Part shown: positions 1 to 8,878 of the stretch, piece by piece
How the letters are laid out: each line of letters starts with the position of its first letter
Numbering within the stretch: position 1 is the first letter of the stretch
Assembly (NCBI GenBank): GCA_903831085.1
Contig: CAIKWE010000003.1
Coordinates: 23,468-87,467, forward strand
Source: an uncultured Verrucomicrobiota bacterium
Lineage (GTDB): Bacteria > Verrucomicrobiota > Kiritimatiellia > Kiritimatiellales > Tichowtungiaceae
DNA length: 64,000 bases
Direction: 5' to 3'
Made by a program: the position numbers and the translations under genes
Notes under the pieces: model-generated
Databases searched by the model: none
What the model was told of the DNA's origin: nothing
What the model saw: the letters and a program-made list of their open reading frames with translations, nothing else

Positions 1-1372
1 GGATAAGCGCCACCTCTTCGTCAGGATGCCTAACCGGAGCGGCGGGCACTTCCGGCGCGGCGGGCGGTATAGGACGCTCTTTTTTACGGGCCAGATCGCG
101 CCGCAGCGCGGCGGTTGAAAGGCCCAGACGTTCCGCGGCGCGCTGCACCATGCGGTCGCGCTGAACCGCGCCGGGCGCATGCGCAATCAGCGACTGCACC
201 GCGCGGGCCGTGCGCATCAGACCGGCTTCCTCTTTCAAATTTTCGCGTGAAGCCATCACGTCGATTAGAAAATCAAGCGCGGAAACGGCTTCGGTGACAC
301 GTGAACGAAGCGCCTCGGCCCCGTGGTCGCGCACCAGCGAGTCGGGATCTTCACCATCAGGCAAAGACGCCACGCGCACACTGAGCTCTTCAGCAATAAA
401 AGACTCCGACGAGCGTAACGCAGCCTTTTGTCCGGCGGCATCGGCGTCAAGCACCAGAATCACTTCATCGGCATAGCGCCGGATCATGCGGGCATGGTCG
501 GCGGTCAGCGCTGTGCCCTGCGATGCGACAACATTTGCGAGTCCCGCTTCGTGACAGCGGATCGCATCAATCTGCCCTTCGCAAACAATCGCGACGCGGC
601 TGTCGGCCATGGCGCGGCGCGCTTTATCAATGGCAAACAGCACACGACTCTTGTGAAAAAGCGGCGTCTCAGGACTGTTGACATATTTGCCGGATTTTTC
701 GTCCTTAACGATGGCGCGGCCGCTGAAACCGATCACGCGGCCCGCCTCGTCGCGGATCGGAAACATCAGGCGGTTGCGGAAGCGGTCATAATATCCGCTG
801 CGCTTGTCGGACTTGATCATCAACCCCGCCTGCTCCATTAGCTCGAGCGGAATTTTTTTCTGCTGCGCCCATTTTTCGAGAGCATCGAAACGGTCAGGCG
901 CGAAGCCGACCTGAAAATCTTTGACGGTCTCCGGCTTTAAAGCCCGCGTGGCGAGATAGGCGCGGCCCGCCTCGCCCGATTCGTGTTCGAGCAGAATGCG
1001 CTGGTAGAGCTGCGCGACGCCTTCATGAATCTGAAAAAGCTTCCGCTTGTCCGCGCCGCCGCCCTCGCCGCCTTCCTCCAGACTCATCTCTATGCCCGCG
1101 CGATCAGCCAGCATTTGCAGAGCCGTCATGAAGTCGACTTTTTCATATTCCTGCACAAACCGGATCACATCGCCGCCCGCGCCGCAGCCGAAGCAGTGGT
1201 ATATCTGGCGGTCGGGACTGACGGTGAACGACGGGCTTTTCTCTTTATGAAACGGACAGAGCGCTTTGAAGCGCGTGCCGGCGTTTTTAAGCGAGAGGTA
1301 GGAGCCGATCACCTCGGCAATCTCATTGCGCGACCGAACTTCTTCGATAGTTTCTCTAGGGATCTGCTTCAT
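1..1372 (-). CDS. dnaG: DNA primase (3' part runs off the window)
   Basis: Not in the ORF track (no stop in window). Manual translation from ATG at 1372: MKQIPRETIEEVRSRNEIAEVIG...CPFHKEKSPSF...YHCFGCGAGGD (CHC2 zinc finger)...DRFRNRLMFPIRD. Confidence 0.95.
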   Translation of the reverse strand, partial: MKQIPRETIEEVRSRNEIAEVIGSYLSLKNAGTRFKALCPFHKEKSPSFTVSPDRQIYHCFGCGAGGDVIRFVQEYEKVDFMTALQMLADRAGIEMSLEEGGEGGGADKRKLFQIHEGVAQLYQRILLEHESGEAGRAYLATRALKPETVKDFQVGFAPDRFDALEKWAQQKKIPLELMEQAGLMIKSDKRSGYYDRFRNRLMFPIRDEAGRVIGFSGRAIVKDEKSGKYVNSPETPLFHKSRVLFAIDKARRAMADSRVAIVCEGQIDAIRCHEAGLANVVASQGTALTADHARMIRRYADEVILVLDADAAGQKAALRSSESFIAEELSVRVASLPDGEDPDSLVRDHGAEALRSRVTEAVSALDFLIDVMASRENLKEEAGLMRTARAVQSLIAHAPGAVQRDRMVQRAAERLGLSTAALRRDLARKKERPIPPAAPEVPAAPVRHPDEEVALI

Positions 1373-1385
1373 GAATCGGGCCGGT

Positions 1386-1943
1386 TCATCGGGTCACGTC
1401 GTTGAGTTTCTCACCCATTTTATCCTTTAAAACCGGCAGTTTCATGACACGCGGCTGCGCCCAGGGTGTAAGCGTATTGCAAACCCAGGCTCCGACCGAA
1501 GATTTTTCAGACAGCGTCCGGTAAAGTGATTCATTCGGAATCAGGCTGACTCCGGAGAAAACGGCCAGCCCCAGCAGCGCGCCGCGCAGCGCGCCGGCCA
1601 GCCCGCCGGCGATTTTATCCGCTGACTCGCCGAGTTTGCTTTTCAGCAATTGCTGGAACAGCGCGCGCACCAGCAGGAAAAGAAGAACCGCGGCCAGCAA
1701 CAGCATCACCGGCACGGCAATCTGCACAACCAACGGGGACAACGCGCGCCAGTGGTCGGACACCAACTGCGTGAGTTGCGAATAAAAAAAACAAACCCCG
1801 ATCAACAGCGCGATCAGCGTTACCACATGAGCGATCTCGCCGGACAGCCCGTGTTTTATTCCGCTGAACACAAACAGCAACACAAACACCGCGAACAGAA
1901 TATCTATTGTATAAAGTTGTTCAGGAAACCACATAGTTATCAC
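1386..1943 (-). CDS. cvpA: CvpA family membrane protein
   Basis: IDILF...GIKHGL...E N-terminus, four hydrophobic helices, DKIAGGLAGALRG and SxxG motifs. Confidence 0.8.
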   Translation of the reverse strand: MITMWFPEQLYTIDILFAVFVLLFVFSGIKHGLSGEIAHVVTLIALLIGVCFFYSQLTQLVSDHWRALSPLVVQIAVPVMLLLAAVLLFLLVRALFQQLLKSKLGESADKIAGGLAGALRGALLGLAVFSGVSLIPNESLYRTLSEKSSVGAWVCNTLTPWAQPRVMKLPVLKDKMGEKLNDVTR

Positions 1944-2156
1944 CTCGTGACGGTTTTATAGCACATCCGTTTCAGGAACGCAGAGATTTTTCCGAGTCTT
2001 GGAAAATCTGCGTCCGGGTTTCCCTGCGAATTGGAATAATGGCGGCCTTTCCTCCGATTTATTTTCCAATGTTTGGAACTATTTTTTAATGAAAAACTAA
2101 CGCATGGAGGGCCTTTTTACCGGAACGTTCTAAATCGCATAGATTTACAAAAAAAA

Positions 2157-2203
2157 ATACAATATGTTGTGGTTTCGTTTGACAGCCATACAGCATTTGG
2201 ATA
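2157..2203 (+). promoter_or_regulatory. Tandem NrdR boxes upstream of nrdD
   Basis: ATACAATATGTTGTGG (2157-2172) fits the NrdR consensus acaCwAtATaTwGtgt; a weaker ATACAGCATTTGGATA starts 31 bp later (2188-2203), the usual NrdR box spacing. Confidence 0.7.
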
Positions 2204-2205
2204 AT
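2179..2205 (+). promoter_or_regulatory. Putative sigma70 promoter of nrdD
   Basis: TTGACA at 2179-2184 and GATAAT at 2200-2205 (15-bp spacer, short); lies between and overlaps the NrdR boxes. Confidence 0.4.
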
Positions 2206-2279
2206 TTTTGTCCCGTCGCTCAGCGAATATTTACTAAAAAAGCCAGTTATAATCAGGTTATCAACAGGGGGAAAATTCT

Positions 2280-5009
2280 ATGGCTGAAACAATTACAGAA
2301 AAAAACACACTTTTCGACGGATTCCGCAAACGCTCCGGGTTGATCGTGCCTTTCAGTCCTAAAAAAATTGAAATGGCCATTCATCTCGCGGTTGAAGAAG
2401 TTTCACGCAAGCAGAATACACCGCGCAACGAAGGCCTCGCGCCGAAAATCACCGCTCAGGTTCTCGAGCAGCTCAACAACCCTCAATCCGAATTTTATGT
2501 GCGCGCTGAAGCCGATAACAAACGCATCCCGCACATCGAAGACGTGCAGGATCTGGTTGAAATTCTGCTGGCTGAAAGCGGAGAGACACTCGTTGTTGCG
2601 GCCTACAAACGTTACCGCAAACAGCGCGAACTGGCGCGTAACAACATCCGTGTCCGTGACGGCAGTCTGAAAAAAGATAAGGTGGATGTCACCGACGCCA
2701 GCCTGCTGCTGGTCGAGTCCCACTCCGCCGAAGTTACCCTGCCCTGGGACCGCAAGCGCATCGTGAAACAAATTCTCGACAAGACCGACCTCGCTGTTGA
2801 CGCCGCCATCGGCATCGCAAAGGCCGTTGAGAACCGCATCATCGCGAGCAACATAAAGGCCATCAGCACCACGCTCATCCGTGAGATGGTCAACAATGAA
2901 CTGGCCGAGCGCGGCCATCAGGCGCAGTTGCGCGACCTCTCGCTCTACGGCGTGCCGCTCGACTACGTCGAAAAACTGATGTTCACCAAGTCCACCGAAA
3001 ACAGCAATATCGTCAACAACAACCCCGAAGCGGTGAACCTCGGCATTGCTGAACTGGTGCTTAAACAATGGGCGCTGGATACCATTTTCACGCCCGATAT
3101 CAAGCGCGCGCACAACACCGGCGCCGTGCATCTGCACGACCTCGGCTATCCGCACCGCGTCTACTGCTCCAGCCACTCGATCGAGTACGTCAAGAAATAC
3201 GGCCTCAAAGGGCTGATCAATCTTAATACCGAATCCAGCCCGGCGAAAACCGCTTCGGTGCTCACCGGACATCTCAACACCTTCCTCGCTTCGATGCAGG
3301 CCAACTATGCCGGCGCGCTCGGCATCGCTTACATCAACATTCTTTACGCGCCATACCTCGAAAAGATGAGCCCGCGCGAACTTAAACAGATCGCGCAGGA
3401 GTTGATCTTCAACGGCTCACAGAACGCGTTCAGCCGCGGCGGGCAGACCCTGTTCCTCGACTTCAACATTCACTCCGGCGTTCCGGGCTACATGAAAACC
3501 GTTCCGGTCATCGGCCCGGGCGGCAAATACATGCTCAAGCTGAAATCCGGTCAGCGCGTCCGCCTCGAAGAGGTTCTGCGTGAAGACCGTGATGCCAGCG
3601 GTTATAAGCTGATGGATCTCTACCTCGAAGAGGATGACGGCTCTCAGCGCCTCGTCATGCGCGAAATCAAAGGCAAAGAAGGCCTTGAGTATGACGCAAC
3701 CGTAGCCGCCGACTTGGAAGCGCGCGGCGAGAAAATCGTCACTTACGGCGACTACACCAAAGAAGCTCAGGATTTCTGCCGCGCTCTGCTCGAAGTCTGG
3801 GGCGACGGCGACAGCAACGGACGCATCTTTGAATTTCCGAAATGCGATTTCCACATCAGCGATGAAACCTTCACCGATCCGGAGCAATATCAGATTTATC
3901 AGGCCGCCTGCCGTCTGGCCGCAAAGAACGGCTCGACCTATTTCATCTTCGACCGCGATGAAGTCACGCTGTCGGCCTGCTGCCGCCTGCGCACCACCAT
4001 CAGCGACAACCGCATGCTGCGCCATCCCGAAAATATGCGCTTCTGCGGCTTCCAGAACGTCACCATCAACATCCCGCAGGCCGCTTACCGCGCGGCGCGC
4101 AGAGGCGGCGACATTCTCCAGAACTTCTACGAAGAAATCGATAGCATGATGGAACTCGTCGCGCAGGCTCACCTGCAGAAGAAGGCCAAGATCGCCCAAA
4201 TGATGAGTGGCAACGGCCACCCGCTCTGGCAGATCGGCAAAGAGTCGAACGACGGCAAACCGTACGTCAACCTCGATACCTGCACCTATATCATTGGACT
4301 CATCGGCGTCAACGACACCGTGAAATTCCTGATCGGTCAGGAACTGCACGACAGCGACGAAGCCCAGCAGTTCGGTCTGCGGATCGTGGCCCACATGTAC
4401 ACCCGCACCAAGAAGCTGAGCAAGAAGTACAACCTCAAGTTCACGCTGGAAGAGTCGCCGGCCGAGAGCGCCGCGCGCCGCCTCGCCAAGACCGACCTCA
4501 TCTATTTCCACGACGAAGCCAAAGACATCGTTAAAGGTGAGACCGAGGATGTCTGCTACTACACCAATTCCATCCATCTCACCGCCGACGCCCCCGTCGG
4601 TCTGGTCGGCCGCATTGTGGAGCAGTCCAAATATCACAGCCTGATTGAATCCGGAGCCATCACCCACGCCTTCGTCGGCGAAGAACAGCCCTCAGCCGCT
4701 TCCATTGAGAAACTCATGACCGAGACCTTCTTCCGCACGCAGTCGGCGCAGGTGTGCATCTCGCCCGAGTTCACTTTCTGCAACAACTGCCACCACCAGG
4801 TGCGCGGACTGATCGAAACCTGCCCCGCCTGCCAATCCGCCGATGTTGTCGGCGAAACCCGCGTGGTCGGTTACTTCAGCAAGATTCAGAACTGGAATAA
4901 ATCCAAACGCTACGGCGAACTCAAAGCCCGTCAAAGAGGCAGCGAGTTTTACAGGGTTGAAACCGCCGACACCGTTGTCGAACAGCCGATGGTCAAAGTC
5001 GAAGGCTGA
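2280..5009 (+). CDS. nrdD: Anaerobic (class III) ribonucleoside-triphosphate reductase with two ATP cones
   Basis: Two N-terminal ATP-cone-like segments; HLHDL, YCSSHS, finger loop SACCRL, EESPAES, YYTNS; C-terminal CxxC..CPxC and glycyl-radical motif RVVGYF. Confidence 0.95.
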   Translation: MAETITEKNTLFDGFRKRSGLIVPFSPKKIEMAIHLAVEEVSRKQNTPRNEGLAPKITAQVLEQLNNPQSEFYVRAEADNKRIPHIEDVQDLVEILLAESGETLVVAAYKRYRKQRELARNNIRVRDGSLKKDKVDVTDASLLLVESHSAEVTLPWDRKRIVKQILDKTDLAVDAAIGIAKAVENRIIASNIKAISTTLIREMVNNELAERGHQAQLRDLSLYGVPLDYVEKLMFTKSTENSNIVNNNPEAVNLGIAELVLKQWALDTIFTPDIKRAHNTGAVHLHDLGYPHRVYCSSHSIEYVKKYGLKGLINLNTESSPAKTASVLTGHLNTFLASMQANYAGALGIAYINILYAPYLEKMSPRELKQIAQELIFNGSQNAFSRGGQTLFLDFNIHSGVPGYMKTVPVIGPGGKYMLKLKSGQRVRLEEVLREDRDASGYKLMDLYLEEDDGSQRLVMREIKGKEGLEYDATVAADLEARGEKIVTYGDYTKEAQDFCRALLEVWGDGDSNGRIFEFPKCDFHISDETFTDPEQYQIYQAACRLAAKNGSTYFIFDRDEVTLSACCRLRTTISDNRMLRHPENMRFCGFQNVTINIPQAAYRAARRGGDILQNFYEEIDSMMELVAQAHLQKKAKIAQMMSGNGHPLWQIGKESNDGKPYVNLDTCTYIIGLIGVNDTVKFLIGQELHDSDEAQQFGLRIVAHMYTRTKKLSKKYNLKFTLEESPAESAARRLAKTDLIYFHDEAKDIVKGETEDVCYYTNSIHLTADAPVGLVGRIVEQSKYHSLIESGAITHAFVGEEQPSAASIEKLMTETFFRTQSAQVCISPEFTFCNNCHHQVRGLIETCPACQSADVVGETRVVGYFSKIQNWNKSKRYGELKARQRGSEFYRVETADTVVEQPMVKVEG

Positions 5010-5035
5010 ACTATTTAAACCAAGGAAACTTAACC

Positions 5036-5431
5036 ATGGAAAAACCTTATAAAATTAAAGTGTTCGGCAAAGAGGGCTGTGCCAAGTGCAAAATACTAAA
5101 CCAGCGTCTCGATAAACTGCTCGAGGAAAAAGAGTGGTCCGACTTCGAAAAAGAATACTGCGATGTCGAAACGGTTGACGGTCTCGTCGCCTTCGCCTCC
5201 GCCGAATGTATCAACCCCCAGCGGATTCCGGCCATGCTCGTCACGCGCCGGAAGGAAGAAACCGGACGCTACGAACCGGTTCAGACCCGCGAACCCAAGC
5301 CGCGCTGTGAAGTCTGCGGCAAATCAAAGCTCTACCAGTACGTCGGCCTGCAAACCGATTACAGCGACGAAGGTAAAGGAATCATCTCCCCCCAGATGAT
5401 CACCATGGTTCTCGAAGAGGTCCGTGTGTGA
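5036..5431 (+). CDS. Small thioredoxin/glutaredoxin-like protein
   Basis: 131 aa, IKVFGKEGCAKCK redox-type motif, RIPAM cis-Pro-like loop, second CEVC; sits between nrdD and nrdG. Confidence 0.65.
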   Translation: MEKPYKIKVFGKEGCAKCKILNQRLDKLLEEKEWSDFEKEYCDVETVDGLVAFASAECINPQRIPAMLVTRRKEETGRYEPVQTREPKPRCEVCGKSKLYQYVGLQTDYSDEGKGIISPQMITMVLEEVRV

Positions 5432-6174
5432 TGCCCCCCGGAGCGTCAGCTCCGCGTAAGCAGGCGGCTCTGCCGCAAGGCGAGTCGCCTGTTTACGCAC
5501 TTTTAGAAAAGCCCTCGCTCATTGATTACCCCGGTTATTTGTGCGGGGTTTTTTTCATCAGCGGATGCAACTTTTCCTGCGGTTTCTGCCATAACGCCCC
5601 GCTCATGGGCAAAAAGCAGAACGGTCTGCCATGGAGCCGCCTCGACGAAGTCTGCCGCAAATTCAAAACTGAATGGGTCGATGCCGTCTGCATCACCGGC
5701 GGCGAGCCGACGCTCGCCGCCGACCTCATTCGGTTAATTGGGTTCTTCCGAGGCTACGGCTTCAAAATCAAACTCGACACCAACGGCGCACTACCCGAGG
5801 CACTCAAAGGATGCCTGCCGCTGATCGACTACGTTGCCATGGACATTAAAGCCGGACTCTCCGGCTATCCGGAACTCGTCGGCTTCACCCGCACCGAAAA
5901 AATTGCTGAATCAGTCAAACTCATCATGAGCAGCGGTGTGGATCACGAATTCCGCACCACCATCATCGAGCCGTTTCATACGGATGAACAGATGATCGAA
6001 GCTGGCGAACTCATCAAAGGTGCCCGGCGTTATTGCATCCAGCCCTTCATCCCCAAAGACAACCTGCCCAACCCGATTCTGCGCGAAACCAAACGCACCA
6101 CCCCCGCCCGTCTCCGCCGCATCGAACAGCTCATGAAGCCCTACGTTCAGGAAATCATCGTCCGCGGTGCGTGA
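5428..6174 (+). CDS. nrdG: Anaerobic RNR activating enzyme (radical SAM); start uncertain
   Basis: SLIDYPG, GCNFSCGFCHN (CxxxCxxC), ITGGEPT, KLDTNG, AMDIK, EFRTT. Confidence 0.92.
   Translation: MMPPGASAPRKQAALPQGESPVYALLEKPSLIDYPGYLCGVFFISGCNFSCGFCHNAPLMGKKQNGLPWSRLDEVCRKFKTEWVDAVCITGGEPTLAADLIRLIGFFRGYGFKIKLDTNGALPEALKGCLPLIDYVAMDIKAGLSGYPELVGFTRTEKIAESVKLIMSSGVDHEFRTTIIEPFHTDEQMIEAGELIKGARRYCIQPFIPKDNLPNPILRETKRTTPARLRRIEQLMKPYVQEIIVRGA
5439..5498. other. Double stem-loop at the 5' end of nrdG
   Basis: CGGAGC-gtca-GCTCCG, then GCGTAAGCAGGCGGCTC...GAGTCGCCTGTTTACGC (17-bp stem with G-U pairs, 5454-5498). Confidence 0.7.
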
Positions 6175-6298
6175 TAACATTCCCAATGTTTGGAAGAAAT
6201 GCGTCCAGCCCTTGGAAACGATTTGCCAGCCGCCCCCCATCCTGCTAGAGATTGATGGTTTCATAGATATTAATACAACCCGACAGGTGGAGGTTCCC

Positions 6299-7723
6299 AT
6301 GTGCAATTCAACTTACCGCGCCGTTCTGGCTCTTGTTCTCTGTTCCGCTTTTGTGACAGGAACTGTCTTAGCCAAAGAGATCATCATCGCCGACCCAACG
6401 AGCCTGAGCTTAATCGACACCGCTTTGCCTGGCGATGTCATCACTCTTAAGAACGGGAACTGGAACGATGCGTTGATCCAGATCAAAAAAGGAGGAACGG
6501 AAAAGGCACCCGTGCTGATCAAAGCCGAGACTCCCGGCGGAGTGGTTTTAAGCGGCACTTCCTCTCTCGTGATTGATGCGCCCTACGTCACGATCGATGG
6601 GCTCCTCTTCACGGATGGAGCGATTGCCAAGGAGTCGGTGATCTGGTTCAAATCCCACCACGGCATTGTACGAAACACGGCGATCATCAATTATAATCCC
6701 GCCAACTTCAAAACAAAATACTTCTGGGTGGTCTTTTCCGGCGAAAACAACCTCATAGATAAGTGCTATTTTAAGGGGAAAAACAACATGGGCCCTGTTG
6801 TAAATAATGACGACGGGGACTGCCGGTCCAACTCGGTAATCAGATCCTATTTCAAGGACATCCCGCTGAAAGCCAAGGTTAATGGCCGGGAAATTATGAG
6901 GATCTGGGGCGCCGGCCATGCAGATGCATCTTCCACGGACGGATCGTATTTCACCATCATGGAGAATCTGTTCGAGCATACCGATGGAGAAGGGGCGGAA
7001 ATCATCTCGCTCAAATCCAACAATAACAAGGTTCTCCGCAATACCATTATCACCTCGGCCGGGTGTCTCAATATCCGGAGGGGAAACTTCAATGAAGTTA
7101 AGGGCAATGTCATTCTCGGCCAGGGAATGCCGGGAGCTATGGGCATCCGGATGTCCGGAGAAAGCAATCTCGTTGAAGGGAATTTCGTGTCAGGATGCGA
7201 ATACGGTATTCAGGTTTCCAGCGGTGAACATTGGACAGATGCGATTACGCCAGCCTATGTCATCAATCAAAACCCAAACAATGCGAAGCTCGGGGTGGCC
7301 AATAAGGCCCGCTATCCGCAAAACAAGTACGTCACGATCGTCAGCAACATGATGATTGGAAATTCAGGACCTGACCTGAACATCGGCGGCAATTATAAAA
7401 AACACTGGCCTGAGCAGCAGAACATCCTGATCCCCGAGGAGTGTCTGATCAAAAACAATACATTCGTGCGTCCGAAAGGCGGCACCTCTGTTATCGGCGC
7501 GACACCTGACACTAACCCGCCGCTGGATCGCTTTACGTTCAAACCCAATATCTATGCGGGAAATCTCCTCTACGGCGGAAAGAACAGTTACGCCGAATCC
7601 GCCGCCGGTTTCAAGGAAGAGGTCATCCCGGCAGGATGGTCTGAGGACAAGGCCGTTGCCGGCTTCAAGCCGCTCACCCCGGTTGATGTGGGACCGGACT
7701 GGGTTCGTGAAAAAGGGCTGTAA
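6299..7723 (+). CDS. Secreted polysaccharide lyase family 6 (chondroitinase B/alginate lyase-like beta-helix)
   Basis: Start reassigned to ATG 6299 (GGAGG SD upstream, signal peptide MCNSTYRAVLALVLCSAFVTGTVLA); PGDVITLKNGNW, AETPGGVVLSG, EIISLKSNNN motifs. The ORF track starts at 6167. Confidence 0.85.
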   Translation: MCNSTYRAVLALVLCSAFVTGTVLAKEIIIADPTSLSLIDTALPGDVITLKNGNWNDALIQIKKGGTEKAPVLIKAETPGGVVLSGTSSLVIDAPYVTIDGLLFTDGAIAKESVIWFKSHHGIVRNTAIINYNPANFKTKYFWVVFSGENNLIDKCYFKGKNNMGPVVNNDDGDCRSNSVIRSYFKDIPLKAKVNGREIMRIWGAGHADASSTDGSYFTIMENLFEHTDGEGAEIISLKSNNNKVLRNTIITSAGCLNIRRGNFNEVKGNVILGQGMPGAMGIRMSGESNLVEGNFVSGCEYGIQVSSGEHWTDAITPAYVINQNPNNAKLGVANKARYPQNKYVTIVSNMMIGNSGPDLNIGGNYKKHWPEQQNILIPEECLIKNNTFVRPKGGTSVIGATPDTNPPLDRFTFKPNIYAGNLLYGGKNSYAESAAGFKEEVIPAGWSEDKAVAGFKPLTPVDVGPDWVREKGL

Positions 7724-7741
7724 CCTCTCCTAACTTCGCCG

Positions 7742-8764
7742 TCAGACGAAGTCGGCGGGACGAGAAACGCAGAAGGCGATCAGTCCGGGAATGGCGGCGG
7801 CGTCCATGCCGCGCCAGAAGACAACCCAGTCGCCGGCGGCGTGCCGTCCATCGGCGTGCCGGTCATACCACTGGTTGACCGGATTACCTTTCCGCGACCG
7901 CCAGAAAAAGGCCGGATGATTTTTGCAGACTTCATCCCACAGCTCCTGAGCCAGACCTTCGCCGCGCGCTTCCGGGCCGACGGCGAATTTAGAAAGGTAG
8001 AATCCTTCCGGTTTCTGTTCGAGCAGCGCCGCGCCACGGTAATTTTCTTCGAAATAAATCTGCGTGACGTCCGCAAGAACGCCCGGCCTTGGTTTTTTAC
8101 TGAAACTTTCCTCGAGTAGAGCCAGCAACCGCTTGGAATCGGCCTTCTTGCCGGAAAGAATGGTTGAGCCGCGCCGAAAGACAGTGCCCGCCCCTTTGAC
8201 AGTGAAAATTTCCTTGAGCAGGTTAATCGGCGAGGTGACGGAAATATGCGTTCCGGGCCGCGCTTCGAGCAATGCACCAGCTGTGTCAGCCATGGCCTTG
8301 TCTTCCGGCGAAAGCTCTGCGTCCGGCTTCTGGACGTAATAATATTCCGTGCTCAGCCCGCCGCCAGCGCGAATAAAGTGAACCCGTTTTCCAATGCTTG
8401 GAACTTTTTGCAGTAAACTTTCCAATGTCTGGACGTTCTCTTCGACGAAAACCGGTATACCTGCCTTCCGTTTTCCAATGCTTGGAAATTCCGTCAGCTC
8501 AAAAAGAGAGTTGTCTTTGAGCAGACTCCATTTGGCTCCGGCATCGGTGCCGCACAGCACGACAGCGGGCCGGAGTCCCAGCTTGAGGAGGAATTTCAGA
8601 TCGAAGGCCAACGCCTCGGCGCCCTGCTCCAGACTTTCGAGGTCGGGAACGAGCAACGCGAAACAGTCGGCACCGGCGGCCTGGAATTTATTGAGGTAAA
8701 ACTCATATTCCTCGCGCCGTCCAATGCTGTCCAAAAACAGCCGTATGGTTTTGTTAAGAAGCAT
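7742..8764 (-). CDS. DUF619-type N-acetylglutamate synthase-like protein with a shortened amino-acid-kinase domain
   Basis: C-terminal YLSKFAVGPEARGEGLAQELW..FFWRSRxxNPVNxWY..ADG NAT domain; LLKEIFTVKGAGTVF linker typical of NAGS/K. Confidence 0.8.
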   Translation of the reverse strand: MLLNKTIRLFLDSIGRREEYEFYLNKFQAAGADCFALLVPDLESLEQGAEALAFDLKFLLKLGLRPAVVLCGTDAGAKWSLLKDNSLFELTEFPSIGKRKAGIPVFVEENVQTLESLLQKVPSIGKRVHFIRAGGGLSTEYYYVQKPDAELSPEDKAMADTAGALLEARPGTHISVTSPINLLKEIFTVKGAGTVFRRGSTILSGKKADSKRLLALLEESFSKKPRPGVLADVTQIYFEENYRGAALLEQKPEGFYLSKFAVGPEARGEGLAQELWDEVCKNHPAFFWRSRKGNPVNQWYDRHADGRHAAGDWVVFWRGMDAAAIPGLIAFCVSRPADFV

Positions 8765-8878
8765 GCGCAGAAAAAACCATCATTCGCCGCAAAAGTACAC
8801 TAAAAACACCAGCCTGGGCTTGGAGAAAAAGCTAGTTGCGACTAGGATGATCCCGATTGGTAAATCCGTCAGTCCGTT

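Noticed and set aside
115-1405. Short + strand ORFs in the track
   Set aside because: They overlap the - strand dnaG frame, which explains the region.
3417-4667. 416-aa antisense ORF to nrdD (likewise 2403-3272, 9668-10666, 20854-21966, 30852-32024, 54431-55834, 57565-58830, 58842-60053, 60090-61112)
   Set aside because: Shadow ORFs opposite well-conserved genes, expected from GC-rich codon bias; no recognisable motifs.
2280-5009. Intein in nrdD
   Set aside because: The insertion lacks an N-terminal Cys/Ser block, His-Asn terminus and endonuclease motifs.
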